Of a stretch of DNA of 64,000 nt, positions 38,664 to 53,099 are shown in pieces. Positions within the stretch are counted from its first letter, which is position 1; every line of letters begins with the position of its first letter. Position numbers and translations under genes: made by a program. The stretch comes from Octopus sinensis (Eukaryota). The stretch lies in the NCBI RefSeq assembly GCF_006345805.1, contig NC_043005.1:5146001-5210000 (forward strand), given 5' to 3'. The notes beneath the pieces are model-generated. The model did no database searches. It worked only from the letters and a program-made list of their open reading frames with translations, and had not been told where the DNA came from.

Positions 38664-39305
38664 CATATATACACACACACATGCACACATGTACCCTACT
38701 CACATACACATATATGTATACACACACGTATATCTATGTCTACATCTACACACACAGATATATATATATATTTCATACATATATAACAACTGTTTGCTGT
38801 TCTAGTTGTCACAGGATTACCACTGGAACCAATTCCATCTAAAATTTCATATGTGGGTAGGTGGTGGTGGTGGTAGTGGTGTTGGGTTGTAGAGCTTCAG
38901 GCAGAGGAGGAGGAATCGGTGGGTTTATTTTGACAGCTGTTGAGATTATTGCAGACCACTGTGGCTACAATACACTCGTTTCTCTCAACATTTGGTTCCG
39001 ATAAATGTTCGAGGAAGGATGCCGTTTAGTAACACGCACACATGTGTACGCACATACTTTAATGCATGCACACATACACAAATATGTATGCACATACATG
39101 TAAATAAGTACATGTACTTATGTTAATGCAGTCAGTAGCATGCATGTATATACACTCATGTATGTACGTAATTGTGAATGCACATATATTTATTTGAATA
39201 GATATTTTTTATGTATGTATGTATGAAAGTATGTGTGAATGTATATATATGCATGCATATATATATGTATTTTGATACACACATATGTACTTTGATACAC
39301 ACACA

Positions 39306-39683
39306 CATCATCATCATCACCATTTAATGTCCGCTTTCCATGCTAGCATGGGTTGGACGAATGACTGAGGGCTGGCGAACCAGATGGCTGCACCAGGCTT
39401 CAGTCTTGATCTGGCAGAGTTTCTACAGCTGGATGCCCTTCCTAATGCCAACCACTCCGAGAGTGTAGTGGGTGCTTTTACGTGCCACTGGCATGGGGCC
39501 AGTCCGGCGGTACTAGCAACAACCTTGCTCAAATCTTTTACACATGCCACTGGCACAGGTGCCAGTAAGGCGATGCTGGTAACAATCACGCTCGAATGGT
39601 GTCTTTTACGTGCCACCGGCATGGAGGCCAGATAGCCGCTCTGGCAATGATCACACTCGTATGGTGCTCTTTGCACCCCGCTA
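39306..39683 (-). mobile_element. RTE 3' fragment with 3-4 degenerate UTR units
   Basis: (CAT)n tail and repeated GTGCCAC(T/C)GGCA units. Confidence 0.85.
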
Positions 39684-40132
39684 AGAGTACCATACGATGC
39701 ATATATGTATATTTCATCTTTTACTTGTTTCAGTCATTAAACTGAAGCCATACTGGAGCACTGCCTTGAAGAAATTTTAGTCAAATGGATCAACCCCAGT
39801 ACTAGTTATGGGGACATAAACACACCAACACTGGCTATCAAGTGATTGTGGTGGGGCAAACACAAACAGAAAGATACACACATATACACACACATGCACA
39901 CATATATGCAATAGGCTTCTTTCAGTCTACCAAATCCACTCACATGGCTTTTGATGTGCCCAAGACTATAGTGAACGACACATGCCTAAGGTGTCATGCA
40001 GTGAGACTGAACCTGTAACCTTATTGTAAGAACCATTGTTAAGAAGCTTTATTATACTTTTACAAGAAGAGTGGTGAGAGTGACTGTGAGGTTTCATCTT
40101 GTCTCATGAAGGCTAGCAGGTCAAAACTTTAA

Positions 40133-40357
40133 CCCTTTCGTTGCCGTATTTATTTTGAGATGCTCTGTGTTTCTTTCAATTAATATATAAATATAACAAA
40201 GAATTTAGTAAAATAACTTAGTTATCATTAAGCTAGTGTTAGGAACATAAATTGTGGAGGAATCGTTTGGTGGAAGATTTTAATTCAAAAGTTATGAAAA
40301 CAAAACATTTGTACTAGAAAGCCAGAGGCAGTTTCAACCGGGTTGGTATTGAAAGGG
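40133..40357. mobile_element. piggyBac-type MITE
   Basis: TTAA|CCCTTTCG...GAAAGGG|TTAA; reverse complement of 1030-1251. Confidence 0.85.
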
Positions 40358-41722
40358 TTAAAGTCACTCTCATCACTGTTCTTGTAAAAGCATGATAAAT
40401 ATGTCCTCTACAAAAGGTATTGTGCAATTGCAGCATGCAAGACATGAGTTAACCATTCAGAAACACTCAAAGTTACATTATATGTAACTAGAGTACTTCA
40501 GACACCAACAATGACAGAGGTTTTATTGAAAAATGAAGATGAAGAATGAGAGTATGAGGATTTAAATAAAAATTCCAAAAATAACTGGGAAATAAAAAAA
40601 TTATACTTATTATCATTCCCCAAATGTTACATAAATTTAATGATTTTTTTAATATGTACTCTATGATGTGGTCAATGATTCAATCGTTATTCTACATTAT
40701 GTTATTTTCTACAACAAATGCTCTCTGTAATTTCATAAATGTTATACATGTAAGTAATTCAAAACTACCAAAATATATGCATATTTTCAGCTGGGTACAT
40801 GATCTTACAAACAGGTTACATACATTTTCTAAAGATTTAGAAGGAAACAGTAGGTTTAGTTTATGTAAAATAAACTGTGCATTTAAAACATATTTGAAAC
40901 ATTCTGTGCAAAAGCCACAAATGTACAGAATAAGCATTATTATTCACATTCACTTCAAAGTTCCTGAAGAAGAATATTTCTTGTATAGACAAGAGACAAG
41001 AGGAGGCACCAACATGTCTTAATGTTCTTAAATTTCAATCTGTAATTTCAAATCATTTCTGTTGTTTGTCTGTTTAATCGCTATGTGTAAGTCTTGTAAA
41101 GTGGAACAAACTTCACAGCTTCAAATGTTTACATGTTGCAGAAAAAAATAAAGAATATATAGAAATACATTTATATAATATGTAGCATATTATATATACT
41201 GATATGCTATCAAAATTTTTGTCACTCAAAACTGTGCCTTGTTCACTGACAGTAGAAGATTTGTACAACGAAAATTTTAACACCATACAAATAAACATTT
41301 GAGTGAAGTTGACAGTTTTTGTGTTTCTGAATGGCTAACTTACATCTTTCACACTGCAAACACTTTAGTTTCAGTACACAATCTCAGATCAAAACATTTA
41401 CTATGCAACTGCATCTCTGTAAAAAGTATTCAGTAATCCTTCAATTTAAGGTAAAATGTTTTATATTATAACTTGACAAAAAATATAAAGACATTATATA
41501 TATTCTTTATTCTTTTACTTGTTTCACTCATTTGACTGTGGCCATGCTGGACCACCGCCTTTAGTAAAAAAAAATCAACCCCAGGACTTATTGTTTGCAA
41601 GCCTAGTATTTATTCTAACAGTCTCTTCTGCTGAACTGCTAAGTTATGGGGGTGTAAACACACCAACATCAGTTGTCAAACGATGGTGGGGGGACAAACA
41701 GATACATACACACGGATATATA

Positions 41723-42005
41723 CATTTTTTTCACGCTAAGTGTTGCTGAAATATGGAACAAACTGCCGGCATCAGTTGTTAGTTGTCGGAGCACTGCATC
41801 CTTCAAAACTTCCATGCTTCCTGAGATTCGCCAACACTACACCTGATTTTCTCCCCTCCATACACATGCAAGCATGTATCTGACTCATACACTGTTCACT
41901 TTCCAGACATTTGTACATTACTGCATATGCTTTATACGCACTTTGGACAAGTTGTGGTGCACCTGAGCACTGTATATAATAATTTCATTATTATTACTAT
42001 TATTA
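41723..42005 (+). mobile_element. CR1/L2-group LINE 3' fragment
   Basis: FFTLSVAEIWNKLPASVVSC...LPEIRQHYT*, UTR ending GTGCACCTGAGCACTGTA and an (ATT)n-like tail. Matches the end of 55441-56500. Confidence 0.85.
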
Positions 42006-42017
42006 TACCGATATATA

Positions 42018-42069
<52 letters not shown>

Positions 42070-42073
<4 letters not shown>

Positions 42074-42376
42074 TGTGATCACTGTGACTGACCAGGCTAT
42101 CAGATGTTGCTACACAACGCTGGTCACAATGCGCTTTGCATTGTTTTAGCCTTCAAATGATGCCACCCCGCTGGCTAAGCGAGCAGAGCAACAGAAGAAA
42201 GAGTGAGAGAAAGTTGTGGCGAAAGAGTACAGCAGGGATCGCCACCCCATGCCGGAGCCTCGTGGAGCTTTAGGTGTTTTCGCTGAATAAATACTCACAA
42301 CGCCCAGTCTGGGAATCAAAACCACGATCCTACAACTGCAAGTCTGCTGCCCTAACCACTGGGCCATTGCGCCTCC
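42070..42376 (-). mobile_element. tRNA-derived SINE family E
   Basis: GGAGGCGCAATGGCCCAGTGGTTAGGGC A box, GGTTTTGATTCCC B box, short repeat tail CACAGTGATCACAGTGA. Confidence 0.85.
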
Positions 42377-42482
42377 ATATATATATATATATATTTAAGT
42401 AGGTGAATTAATTATTCTATGTTTATTGTCAGCATGGAAAATTTGTTTAACCAAAACCTGGGTAGCAAATTCACGTCAGAAA

Positions 42483-42530
42483 ACACAGTTGAAGCGACCT
42501 GTCAAGGGTAGAAACTCCGGGTTCATGTGT
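42483..42530 (+). ncRNA. degenerate hammerhead-like motif in a (TA)n-flanked island (42396-42570)
   Basis: ACACAG-UUGAAGCG-ACC-UGUCAAG-GGU-A-GAAA-CUCCGGG-U-U-C(A)UGUGU. Confidence 0.3.
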
Positions 42531-42572
42531 AGAAATTTTGTTAACATCTTCGTTCGACTCCATTCTTTCATT

Positions 42573-42604
<32 letters not shown>

Positions 42605-43604
42605 ACAGGCTTCTTTCAGTTTCTGTCTACCAAATCCACTCACAAGGCTTTGGTCAGCCCAAGGCTGTAGTAGAAGACACTTGCCCATGGTGCCATGCAG
42701 TGGGACTGAACTTGGAACCATGTGGTTGGGAAGCAAGCTTCTTATTGCATAATGGATGTTAAATAATGATGATGATGGTAGTAGAAGAAGACAATATCTC
42801 AATGACCAATATCAGTTTAACTTTTCAGTAAAAAAAGGGGCTACAGAAAATAAACCCAATGAGCAATCCTTCTCACTCAATCTACTTGAAATAGAAGCTA
42901 AATCTCTCTCAAACAGACCTTTGGAAAACATGACATGTTGGATTATCTAGACACAGGGTACGGTCTGTTGGTGGTGGTGGTGGTTGGAGACAATGAGATG
43001 GTCACAGCTGACAATCCTTTGAATCACATATGACTGCTTGATCAGAGCTGACCTGGGGCTAAATCTACAACAACAGCAACAACAACAACTACAGACGCAT
43101 ATCAGTGGTGGGGTTGTATGTGTTAAAGAGAAACAGATTCACTGGGGATTGAACCTGATGTCAGAGACTCAGTGAAAGAAAGAAACTTGAATACACACAC
43201 ACACTTATGCGCTCTCATTCAAACTTCCACGCATACACAGTAACATACACATACATACTCACACATGCACGCACACATAAATAGTCACACATGTACACCC
43301 ACACACACACACACACACGCACAGACAATACTTGCCCATGCATTTGCTTATAGTTCAAGTAGGATTAATAGAGACACATCAACCTGTTGGTTGGTTGGCT
43401 GGTTGGTTGAATAGCCTGAATCGAAGTTTTATTTTGTGTTAATGGTGCATGAGTTTCTTATTTTATTCACAATAAAAGAAAATTGAAGAAAGAAAGACAA
43501 AAAGGAGAAATATGAAAAAGAAAGAAAATGGGAAGAATAAATAGGAATTTATTTAGAATTTTGTAATAAAAAATATATATACATATATATGCATACATAC
43601 TTAC

Positions 43605-43643
<39 letters not shown>

Positions 43644-45177
43644 TATGTACTTACATATATACATATATACGTACATACACACACACATGTACATACATAT
43701 ATACTCATTCTTATGTATATATGTGTATGTACATATACTTACACATATGTCTGCACGTGTGTGTGTGCACGTACACACACACACACACATGCACACTCAT
43801 ACACACACACACACGTACACACACACACATGCACACTCATACACACACACACATGCGCGCGCACACATATGCAATGATTAAGGAACTGGTTCAGTAAGAA
43901 ATACCTTGCTGGAATATTTAAGTTTAGCATAACAATATAACTTAAAGAAAACTTCTCAATGGAACCAGCAGGATTAATCCCAATAAAATATGTGACCAGC
44001 ATAAGGAATCATTATATTCTAACTAATTGAAATTCAGTGAATGGCATTCTGCTGGTTTTCCCCGTTGAATTTTATATTCTATTCAGGATTATGGTTCATG
44101 GTGTGGAATTTTAAATTCAAAACATCCTTATTCATTTTGATGTTTGCCTCCTGCAGCTACAGATTTTTAGATAGATCAGTACAATTAGTTGATGTTTAGC
44201 TAAATGTAAGAGCCCTGCTGTGAGGTTAGAGATTAGAGATGGGTCGGCAAGTTAATATAGACTTGTGGTGGTGCTGTGGGGGGGGGGGGGTCTGTGTAGC
44301 AATACAAGGGATCAATAAATACTTGAAATGATTTTTTATCATTAAGGGTACTGAATTATTTTAGTGAGCTGAATGTGGAAGACTGCAGTAATTTATGGCT
44401 AAAATTCACTAATTTCCAGCCAAATATCAATGCCATATTAATTAGTATTCACCAAACACATATTCTACATTAAATATTCTGACTACATCAACATACTATC
44501 ATTGAATTTTTATTGTCCATTATCAATTTTAAATATTTTTGACAAATTTCTTTAAATATTTTTATTAAAATGTGGTAATGACAAAAGAAAGAAGGATTTA
44601 TTGTTAATAAATGAAGGGTTTTTTTCTATTATACTTGATGAAGGTTGATATGTTATCAACAATTTCATGAAAGATATAAGAAGTTTGCCAACCCTTGGGT
44701 TAGAGATTAGAGTGTGAAGATAAACAACCATTAGGATTACTAAATCTATGATGTGAGTTCAATTCAAGGGCAAGCCATTTTAAGTATATTTACTCTTCTT
44801 ATTGGTATAGAAAAAAGAAGTCAATAACTCAAAAAAGGACAGGTGTCAAATGGTGTGGGACACACACACAGGGGCAAACATACATTCCTTGTTTTTATGT
44901 CAAGTTATATATAAAACATTGTTATATTTGGGGATGGTCATTTTTGCCAATAAACACACACACTGTTTATTTGATCTTCACTTTAGCTTTATTATTATTA
45001 TTAGTTTATGTGTCAGTTCTTTCATCACACATTATGTGATTTTTCAATGGTACCACTGTAGGTATAAACAGGACAAGACCAGAGAGAAGAGGCGACATGA
45101 AGAACAGAATGTCATTAAAGAGGTCACAGTGTGTATGACGGAAGAACTCTGACAAATAAATTAATAATCATAATAAT

Positions 45178-45383
45178 CCTTTCTACTAATGGACCAAGGC
45201 TTGAAATGTTGAAAGGAGGGACCAGTCAAATACGTTGGCCCCAGTGTTTCACTGGTATTTAATTTATCAACTCTGAAAGGCAAAGTCGACCTCAGCGGAA
45301 TTTGAACTCAGAAATGTAAAGTTGGATGAAATGCCACTAAGCATTTTGCCTGGCATGCTAACGATTTTGCCAGCTCACTGCCT

Positions 45384-45385
<2 letters not shown>
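45178..45385 (-). mobile_element. SINE family C
   Basis: + strand reads GGCAAAGTCGACCTCAGCGGAATTTGAACTCAG...GCCAGCTCACTGCC. Confidence 0.75.
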
Positions 45386-45432
<47 letters not shown>

Positions 45433-45480
45433 GATGATAATAATAATAATGCTAAAGTGAAGATCAAATAAATAGTGATG

Positions 45481-45566
45481 TGTGTTTATTGGCAAAATGA
45501 CCGTCCCAAAATATAACAATATCTTTCAATACACAATTTCACATCAAGAATCTTGCGAAACAAATA
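45481..45566 (+). mobile_element. old fragment of the Penelope terminal-repeat end
   Basis: Diverged match to the reverse complement of 33017-33115 (AATATAACAATATC...AATCTTGC). Confidence 0.6.
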
Positions 45567-45949
45567 CATAAATGTAATTATAGAATAAGTTAACATTAAC
45601 CAAAAGATTACTTAATACTTTTGAGTAGAGAGCACATATTTATTAAATTTTTACAAGATGATGGGTGACTATACCTTAAAAATTTCAGCTTGCTTGGCAG
45701 TCCCACAAATGCTAGCAGGCTGAAACTTCATAATCACTTCTTTACTTGTAAAAGGTCAATGAACATACATGTATATATTTGAGAAAATTTGACACAGCTC
45801 CATATGACTTAAAGTTCTGTGGGTGCATGGAACAAACACCTCTCATCAGATATCAGAAGAGTTATGGTTTTGAGACAAATTCAAGATGGCTTTAAGATAT
45901 TGGGTGTTGAGTGTCATTTTCTTTTGTTTATCCACTCACTTGCATCCCT

Positions 45950-46690
45950 TAGTTCTGTAGTGCACAGTGAGAGAAGGCAGTGTGCCAAGTGACATCGCTG
46001 TGTTTACTTCACAAGGTGTGATATTTTTGTTGATTTTGTCGTGGACAGGAACAAAGAGTCAACGTGAAATTTTGCATTAAACTTGGGAAATCTGCTAGAG
46101 ACATTGAACATGCTTCAGAAAGCTTACAGTGAAGAGGCAATGGGTCAAACACAATGTTTCAAGTGGCACAGGCCCCTTCAAAAGCAGAAGAATACCCCTG
46201 GAAGAGGATGAGCAATCTGGAAGACCTGCCACAAGCATTACTCCTGGAAATGTGGTATTGGGCATTGAGAATTCATCCCTCTGGGCCAGACTGTTAATTG
46301 AGAGTTCTACTGTGACATTTTGAAGCATTTGAGAGAGGGCAACTGGGGAAAGTGACTGGATGTGGGGAGCATGAAGAATTGGATTCTTCAGCAAGCTTTC
46401 CTCACTTGTGAGTTTCTTGCCAGAAACAACATGGTATTGCATCCACATTCCCCTTATTTACCAGATTTAGCACTTGCAGACTCACATCTCTTCCCCTAGA
46501 TGAAAATGCAGCTCAAAGGTTGCTGTTTTAGCACCGTTGTTGAGATCCTGAGCAAATCACAGAAGGTCCTCTACTCACTAACAGAAAACAACTTCCAGAC
46601 CAGATTCCAAAAGTGGCAGGAACACTGGGACCGGTGTATTGCCATGCAAGGGGACTATTTTGAAGGAGATGATGTTAAAACATGAAACTG
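45950..46690 (+). mobile_element. internally deleted mariner relic
   Basis: KFCIKLGKSA, EDEQSGRP, then HSPYLPDL...KMQLKG...KWQEHWDRCIAMQGDYFEGD. Confidence 0.85.
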
Positions 46691-46999
46691 TTGATACACA
46701 CACACACACACGACAGGCTTCCACCCAATTTCCATCTCCCAAATTCATGCACAAAGCTATAACAAGATACTTGGCCAAGGTGTTGCACATTGGGGACTGA
46801 ACTGAAAACCCTCGGGTTTGCAAAGTGAGCTTCTTAACCACACAGCTATGCCTGTGCATTTAGTACGTGTGTTGTTATAACATAAATACAGTTGGTTGGT
46901 GTTTAGTTAAATACAGCTAATCAATGATTAGTTCGATGTGATCAATAAGTGTTTAGTAGTGAGCATGGTGTCAATTGGGAGGCATTGAGTTTCTTAAAT

Positions 47000-48130
47000 A
47001 CTTTTATTTATTATCAATGCTTCCAACACACCACCACCTACTGCTGCTGCTGCTGCTGCTACTACTACTACTACTGTCACAGAAAACCCACCACCACCAC
47101 CTCCAGTATTGATATTTTAACACTATATGAACAGCAGATATTTACGGAACTACAATAAAATACCTCTCTAAAGTTTTGTTCAGTGCTGCATTATTATCAT
47201 TGTTGTTGTTGTCATTGTTATCATTATCATCACTATCTTCATTGCCACCAAAACCACCACCGCCACCACCACCATGATCATTATTATTGTTAAAACAAGA
47301 ACTATATAAAACATTATAAAATGAAATAAAGAAGGTTGCAAAAAAAAAATCCAAAAAAATCACAAACTAAATCTTAAAGAATTCATTTTCTGAAAAACAA
47401 GAAATACAACAACAACAACAATAATAATAACAATAATAATAATAATAATAAAACAATAGAAAAATACAAGAACATTTATAAAGCTCAATAAAAATTGTCA
47501 TCTTTTATTTACCTTTCTAATAATTACTATTACTATTTTTATCATCATCGTTATCATCATCGTTATCATCATCGTTATCATCATCATTATTATTATTGTT
47601 TTCATGTCGTGTAATATTACAATGGCTTTTGGTGTCCTTGTGGCAATTAAAGAAATTCTTCTTTCTCTTCCTCTTGTCTCTTCTCCTCTTCCTCCTCCTC
47701 TTATGATTGATGTTATAATTATTGTAATAATAATAATAATGATAATAGTAGTGATATTGTTATTATTTTTATTAGTAGTAGTAGTAGTAGTTGCAGTGGT
47801 GGTACTATTATCATCACCACCATGTTGTTGTTGTTATTATTACGTGATGTGTTCCAAAGAAAGAATTAGGAAGGAACAGTGGCATTGTTGTGTTGTCTTT
47901 GAGACAGAAATCTCCAAGAATGACTCTAACAATGATGGCTGGCAGTGAAATGCATAATTTGTAATGATGATGATGATGATGATGATGGATGGGGGATGAT
48001 GTTGATGGTGATAACAGTGGTGGTGGTGATGGTAGTGGGGGTGGGTGAGTGATGTTGATACTGGGGGTGGTGATGTCGATGCTGATGGTGGTGGTAGGGA
48101 CAATGATGGAAAGAGAAAGGAAGAGGGAAA
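47000..48130. repeat. cluster of trinucleotide microsatellites
   Basis: Short (CTG)n, (AAT)n, (ATC)n, (GAT)n and (GGT)n runs. Confidence 0.85.
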
Positions 48131-48857
48131 GAGAATGTTGGGAAGAAGAAAAGCAAAAGAGGAAAAAAAACCGAAGAAAAATAGAAATACAGCAACAATA
48201 ACAAGATCAATTAAAATAAAAAGAAATATAAAAATGAAATGAAAGAAGCGAAAAACAAATGTAAATGAAAAAAAATAAAGAAAACAATTTAATGAATTTG
48301 AAAAAAAAAACAGCAAAAGATAAAACTATGGCAAACAAGTATAAAAAGAATTGCTGTAGAAGAGTGATTGTTGCTTAGTGAGTCAATAATGAAATGCACT
48401 CATTGACCTGGCTTGGCAGACGCAAGAGACCGCACTCACCCCTCACACCTCAACTCCTCCTTTTCTATATTCTCTTGCTGCTGCTACTGCTGCTGCTGCT
48501 GCTGTTCTGTAGTGATGCAATCTCTTGGTGAATGGTAAAAAATGGTAATAATGGAACTTTACCAATCAGATTAGAGAGACAGGAAAGAAAAACAAAACAA
48601 ATACAATAAAAATAATATAATTAAAGAAAAGAAAGAAAGAAGAGCAGCGAAATCTTTTATACAATAAAAACAAAACAAAACACAAAAACAAACCAAAACA
48701 AGAGATGTGCATTTGCTGTAGGTTGTGTTTTACATTTAATGAGATTATCTAACGAAGAGATTAACGGAGTAAATTTTATATAGTTTTATACATTGTGCAG
48801 TGCTCCAGCATGACCATAGACAAGTGAAAGTAAAAGTAACACTACTATATTATTTAT

Positions 48858-48889
<32 letters not shown>

Positions 48890-49199
48890 TGCATTGTAAT
48901 GTTTTTAATTTGGCATATATATATGTATATATCTGTATGCGTGTAGTATGTATATATATGCACACATGCATAAACACATTTATAGACTACAATATATTTA
49001 ATTTAGTACATGCATGTGTGTGTGTGTGTGAATTTTGGCTGTTTTCATTTATTTCTAAAGCAAAAATCTTTAACTAAATAATGAAGTTGTTAGGAGAAGA
49101 AGAGTAAAATTATTAGATTTGAAAAGGTGATGGTGTCTACCAGATTTCGTCTGGTAGCAGTTCTCAGACTATGTATTGCACACACAAAATATACAACAT

Positions 49200-49650
49200 A
49201 TACGCAGACTGATGAAAAAATATTGGAACTGGCACTATAAACAGAAAACTACAAAACACATCAATTTTGACATTTAATGTCCTTTGAAGTGGTCCCCTTC
49301 TGAAGCGACACACTTTGTCAGCATCGTTTCCATTGATGGAAGCATTCCTGGAACTCCCATTTTTGGATAATGAGCAGCTGCCTCATCACATTCGCTTGGA
49401 TTTCCTCAAAGTCTTGAAATTTTGTTCCTTTCAAATGGGATTTGATTTTTGGAAAGGTTCTTAGCTGTTGATAACCTCCAAACCATATCTCTCTTTCTGT
49501 GCCTGCACTCAGACGTATGCATAGACATCAACATATTTTCTCTGCCTTGGCCAGTTTGTGATGTGGTGAGATGACCACGCTCTACACACTTTACTTCCGA
49601 GCACTGCTATAAACAATGGAAGTGAGCAAGAACTTTATAAGTTAGTGTGC
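49200..49650 (-). mobile_element. internally deleted mariner relic
   Basis: Minus strand: PKIKSHLKGTKFQDFEEIQ...EFQECFHQWKRC*, then frameshift to CVASEGDHFKGH*. Confidence 0.8.
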
Positions 49651-50167
49651 ATGTGTGGCAGAGTTCAAGGTCAATCTGTGCCAAGCAAGCTTCACTCTGA
49701 GTACTTTAGTTCTGTTACCATAACAACAGTCCTGATATTTTTTCATCACCTTGTATACCTAATCATTGGTAGTAACAGTGGTAATATCCTCACCTGTCAC
49801 ACAGGAGACCAGGGTTCATTTCCTAGTCAGAGAGGCAGTGCCCGAAAATGGCCACTGTCTAATGACTGAAACAAGTAAAAAGATATAAACTTTATCAATA
49901 TAAAATGCACATATTATATATAATGTATATATATCTATATATATGCATATGTATATTTATATGATACATATACCTAACATATTTATGATATATATAATCT
50001 CTGTCCATTCATTTTCTCTGCCCATTGTTCCTGAGAAGGTTGTGCCGAGTAGAATCCTCAGGCATCCTCCTCTATAGGGTCCTGTCAGAAGCAAGCATCG
50101 TTTACTTTCCTAGATAATATGTACATATAATACATGTGTGTATGTACATACATACATATATGTGTGT

Positions 50168-50455
50168 ATTCGAGCGTGATCGTTACCAACGTCGCCTTGC
50201 TGGCACCTGTGGCGGTGGCATGTGTAAAAAGATTCGAGTGAGGTCGTTGCCAGTTCCACCTGACTGGCCCCCGTGTTGGTGGCACGTAAAAAGCACCCAC
50301 TACACTCTCAGAGTAGTTGGCGTTAGGAAGGGCATCCAGCTGTAGAAACTCTGCCAGATCAAGATTGGAGCCTGGTGCGGCCGTCTGGTTCGCCAGTCCT
50401 CAGTCAAAATCGTCCAACCGCTAGCATGGAAAGCGGACGTTAAACGATGATGATG
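50168..50455 (+). mobile_element. RTE 3' fragment with about 2 UTR units
   Basis: GGCACCTGTGGCGGTGGCA units, terminal domain and (GAT)n tail. Confidence 0.85.
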
Positions 50456-50940
50456 TGTGTGCATGTGTGTGTAGTATGTGTATGTGTGTACACACATATA
50501 TACATTCATACCTTGAAGGTTAAATAGCTTACAAATGTAGAATCGTTCCAATACGTTAGTATTTCTTCAAATTTATGGAAAAATATTGATTCTCAATGAG
50601 AGAAAATACTGATGCTAATCTTCTCACACTCTCTCTTTCTCTTTCTCTGTGGTTGTGTAGTAAGTACTTTTTGAGATTATTTTGCTATTCTTTCATGGTC
50701 TATATATTAAACACACTAACACTATGTTAGTTTCTAATGTCTACACATGTTAATATATATATAACATAATATATGATGTATGTGTGTTAGTGTATATATC
50801 TATCTATATAACACATGTATATAGATATCTGCATAAGTTACAAAGTAACTCAAGGCTGAGAGTTTATATGCAAAACTCTGGGCCCTTTAAAAATTTGCCA
50901 GTTAAAAATAAAATATAAATATATTCATTTATTCATTTAT

Positions 50941-51330
50941 TCTTTTACTTGTTTCAATCATTTGACTGTGGCCATGCTGGAGCACTGCCTTTAGTCAAGC
51001 AAATTGACACCAGGACTTATTCTTTGTAAGCCTAGTACTTATTCTATCGGCTTCTTTTGCTGAACCGCTAAGTTATGGGGACGTAAACACACCAGCTTTG
51101 GTTGTCAAGCGATGTTGGGGGAACAAACACAGATACAAACATACACACACACATATACATATACGACGGGCTTCTTTCAGTTTCCGTCTACCAAAACCAC
51201 TCATGAGGCTTTGGTGGGCCCGAGGCTATAGTAGAAGACACTTGCCCAAGGTGCCCCACAGTCGGACAGAACCTGGAACCATGTGGTTGGTAAGCAAGCT
51301 ACTTACCATACAGCCACTCCTGCACCTATA
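50941..51330 (-). mobile_element. SINE family B, full length
   Basis: Complete reverse-complement copy with central (CA)n. Confidence 0.85.
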
Positions 51331-52104
51331 CTCATACTATGAGTTCTATTTATCCTGTTTGAACTTCCAAACCTACATGTTATTTCTATAAATATATACA
51401 TGTGTGTACATGTTATTTATACACCTGTCTTCGTCTTTTGTCTTTCTGTAAATTTCAACTACGTGTGTGTGTGTGTGTGTGTACACACACACACATCCTG
51501 TTACTGTTCCTTTCTTGCAGTCCCCACTCCTGCATTCTCCCTTCAACCCTACCTAATCCTTATGGCTGTTGCCTACCTCCCCTCCTCCATTTCCCCTATC
51601 TCTTCCCCTACACACTCTCACTAACCCCCACCCACTCCAGTTTCTCTGTCTTCACTCCCTCACATTTACCCACCTTGTACTTTGAGGTGTGACCCGGACA
51701 TCCCATCACCACAATTTGCCTCTTTGCAGCCACTACTGATTCATTTCTTACTCTCTCCTAAATGTGAATAGCCTTGTAGCTTCCTTACAATTAGAACCTA
51801 TTCTGACCCTCCCCCTTTCTTTCATACCTTGACCCTCATCTGCTAGCACCAAGACCCTCCTTTCAGGTGTTTTGCAGGCTTGCAAGCTGCGTGATAACCT
51901 CACTTGTGCTGGTGGCATGAGAAAAGCACCCAGTACACACTGTAAAGCGGTTGGCATTAGGAAGGACATCCAGCCATAGAAACCATGCCAAAACAGAATT
52001 TAAGAACCTGATGCTGTCTCTGGACCTGTCACATCCTGTTAAACTGTCCAACCCATGCCAACAAGGAACATGAATGCTAAATGATGATGACGATGATGAT
52101 GATG

Positions 52105-52297
52105 CACGCTGGGTGAAATGCGTAGCCATATTTCGTCTGCGTTACGTTCTGAGTTCAAATTCCGCCGAGGTTGACTTTGCCTTTCATCCTTTTGGGGTTG
52201 ATAAATTAAGTATCAGTTACGCACTGGGGTTGATGTAATCGACTTAATCCGTTTGTCCCCTCTATGTTTGGCCCCTTGTGGGTAGCAAAGAAAAGAT
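52105..52297 (+). mobile_element. SINE family C
   Basis: GAGTTCAAATTCCGCCGAGGTTGACTTTGCCTTTCATCC. Confidence 0.85.
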
Positions 52298-53099
52298 ATA
52301 TATTTACACACACACTTTGGTTTTTAACGTGTTGCACACTAAAACATGAAATATATTCATTGAGCAATTTCATTTCAAAGAAGAAAATGTGTGTAAAACT
52401 TCAACAAGGCAAGCTCCAAGTGATGTCAGCAGACTCTCAGACACAGGGATTATGGTGTGGTTCTTATCTCTTCGATGGCTGTTACTTTGTTGTTCATTGA
52501 AGCTAAGCTGGAACTTCTGTTCCGATACATAAGAAATTGTTGATATGAGTTGAGGCTGGAATTTATTTGGTATGCACACACAAAGCAGAGAGAGTTAATA
52601 TAAAGATGTGTACATATAGTTTTTTGATGAGCTCCTGCACAATATATTATAAAAAAAAACATTGAAGCTCTGAGTGTGGTCTTCTTTCTTTAAGATCTAA
52701 TGGTATGATTTAAAGGAAATTGCTTGCTGTTTCTAGTATGTAGATTAACCACATGGAAACTCTGTGTCTCTCTCAATGGCCTGTAATGAGAAAATTATGT
52801 TATTGGTATTCATGATATGAATCAGCTGTGATCAAAGGCATTCTTGTTTAACCCTAGGCCAGCTGTGACCCAGCTGATAATGATCAAAGACATTCTAACT
52901 ATGACCGGCTCATCGTATTCTTGTCTTCATTGGTCAGTGTTCTCTCCAGCTACATTATCCAATGTGACCTGACTTTTCTTTACTGATGAGAGGCCGTGAT
53001 CTGAAGGACACTTAGCTGCTATTTAAGGCAGACTGAATGATCATGTGTAGATTCCCCTCTTCTGGCTTGGGTATTTACAATGTTGTTGTTGGTGTTGCT

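Noticed and set aside
38963-39030. Minus-strand hairpin followed by GAAA-CGAGTG-TA
   Set aside because: It resembles the 3' half of a hammerhead, but there is no CUGANGA and no stem I partner.
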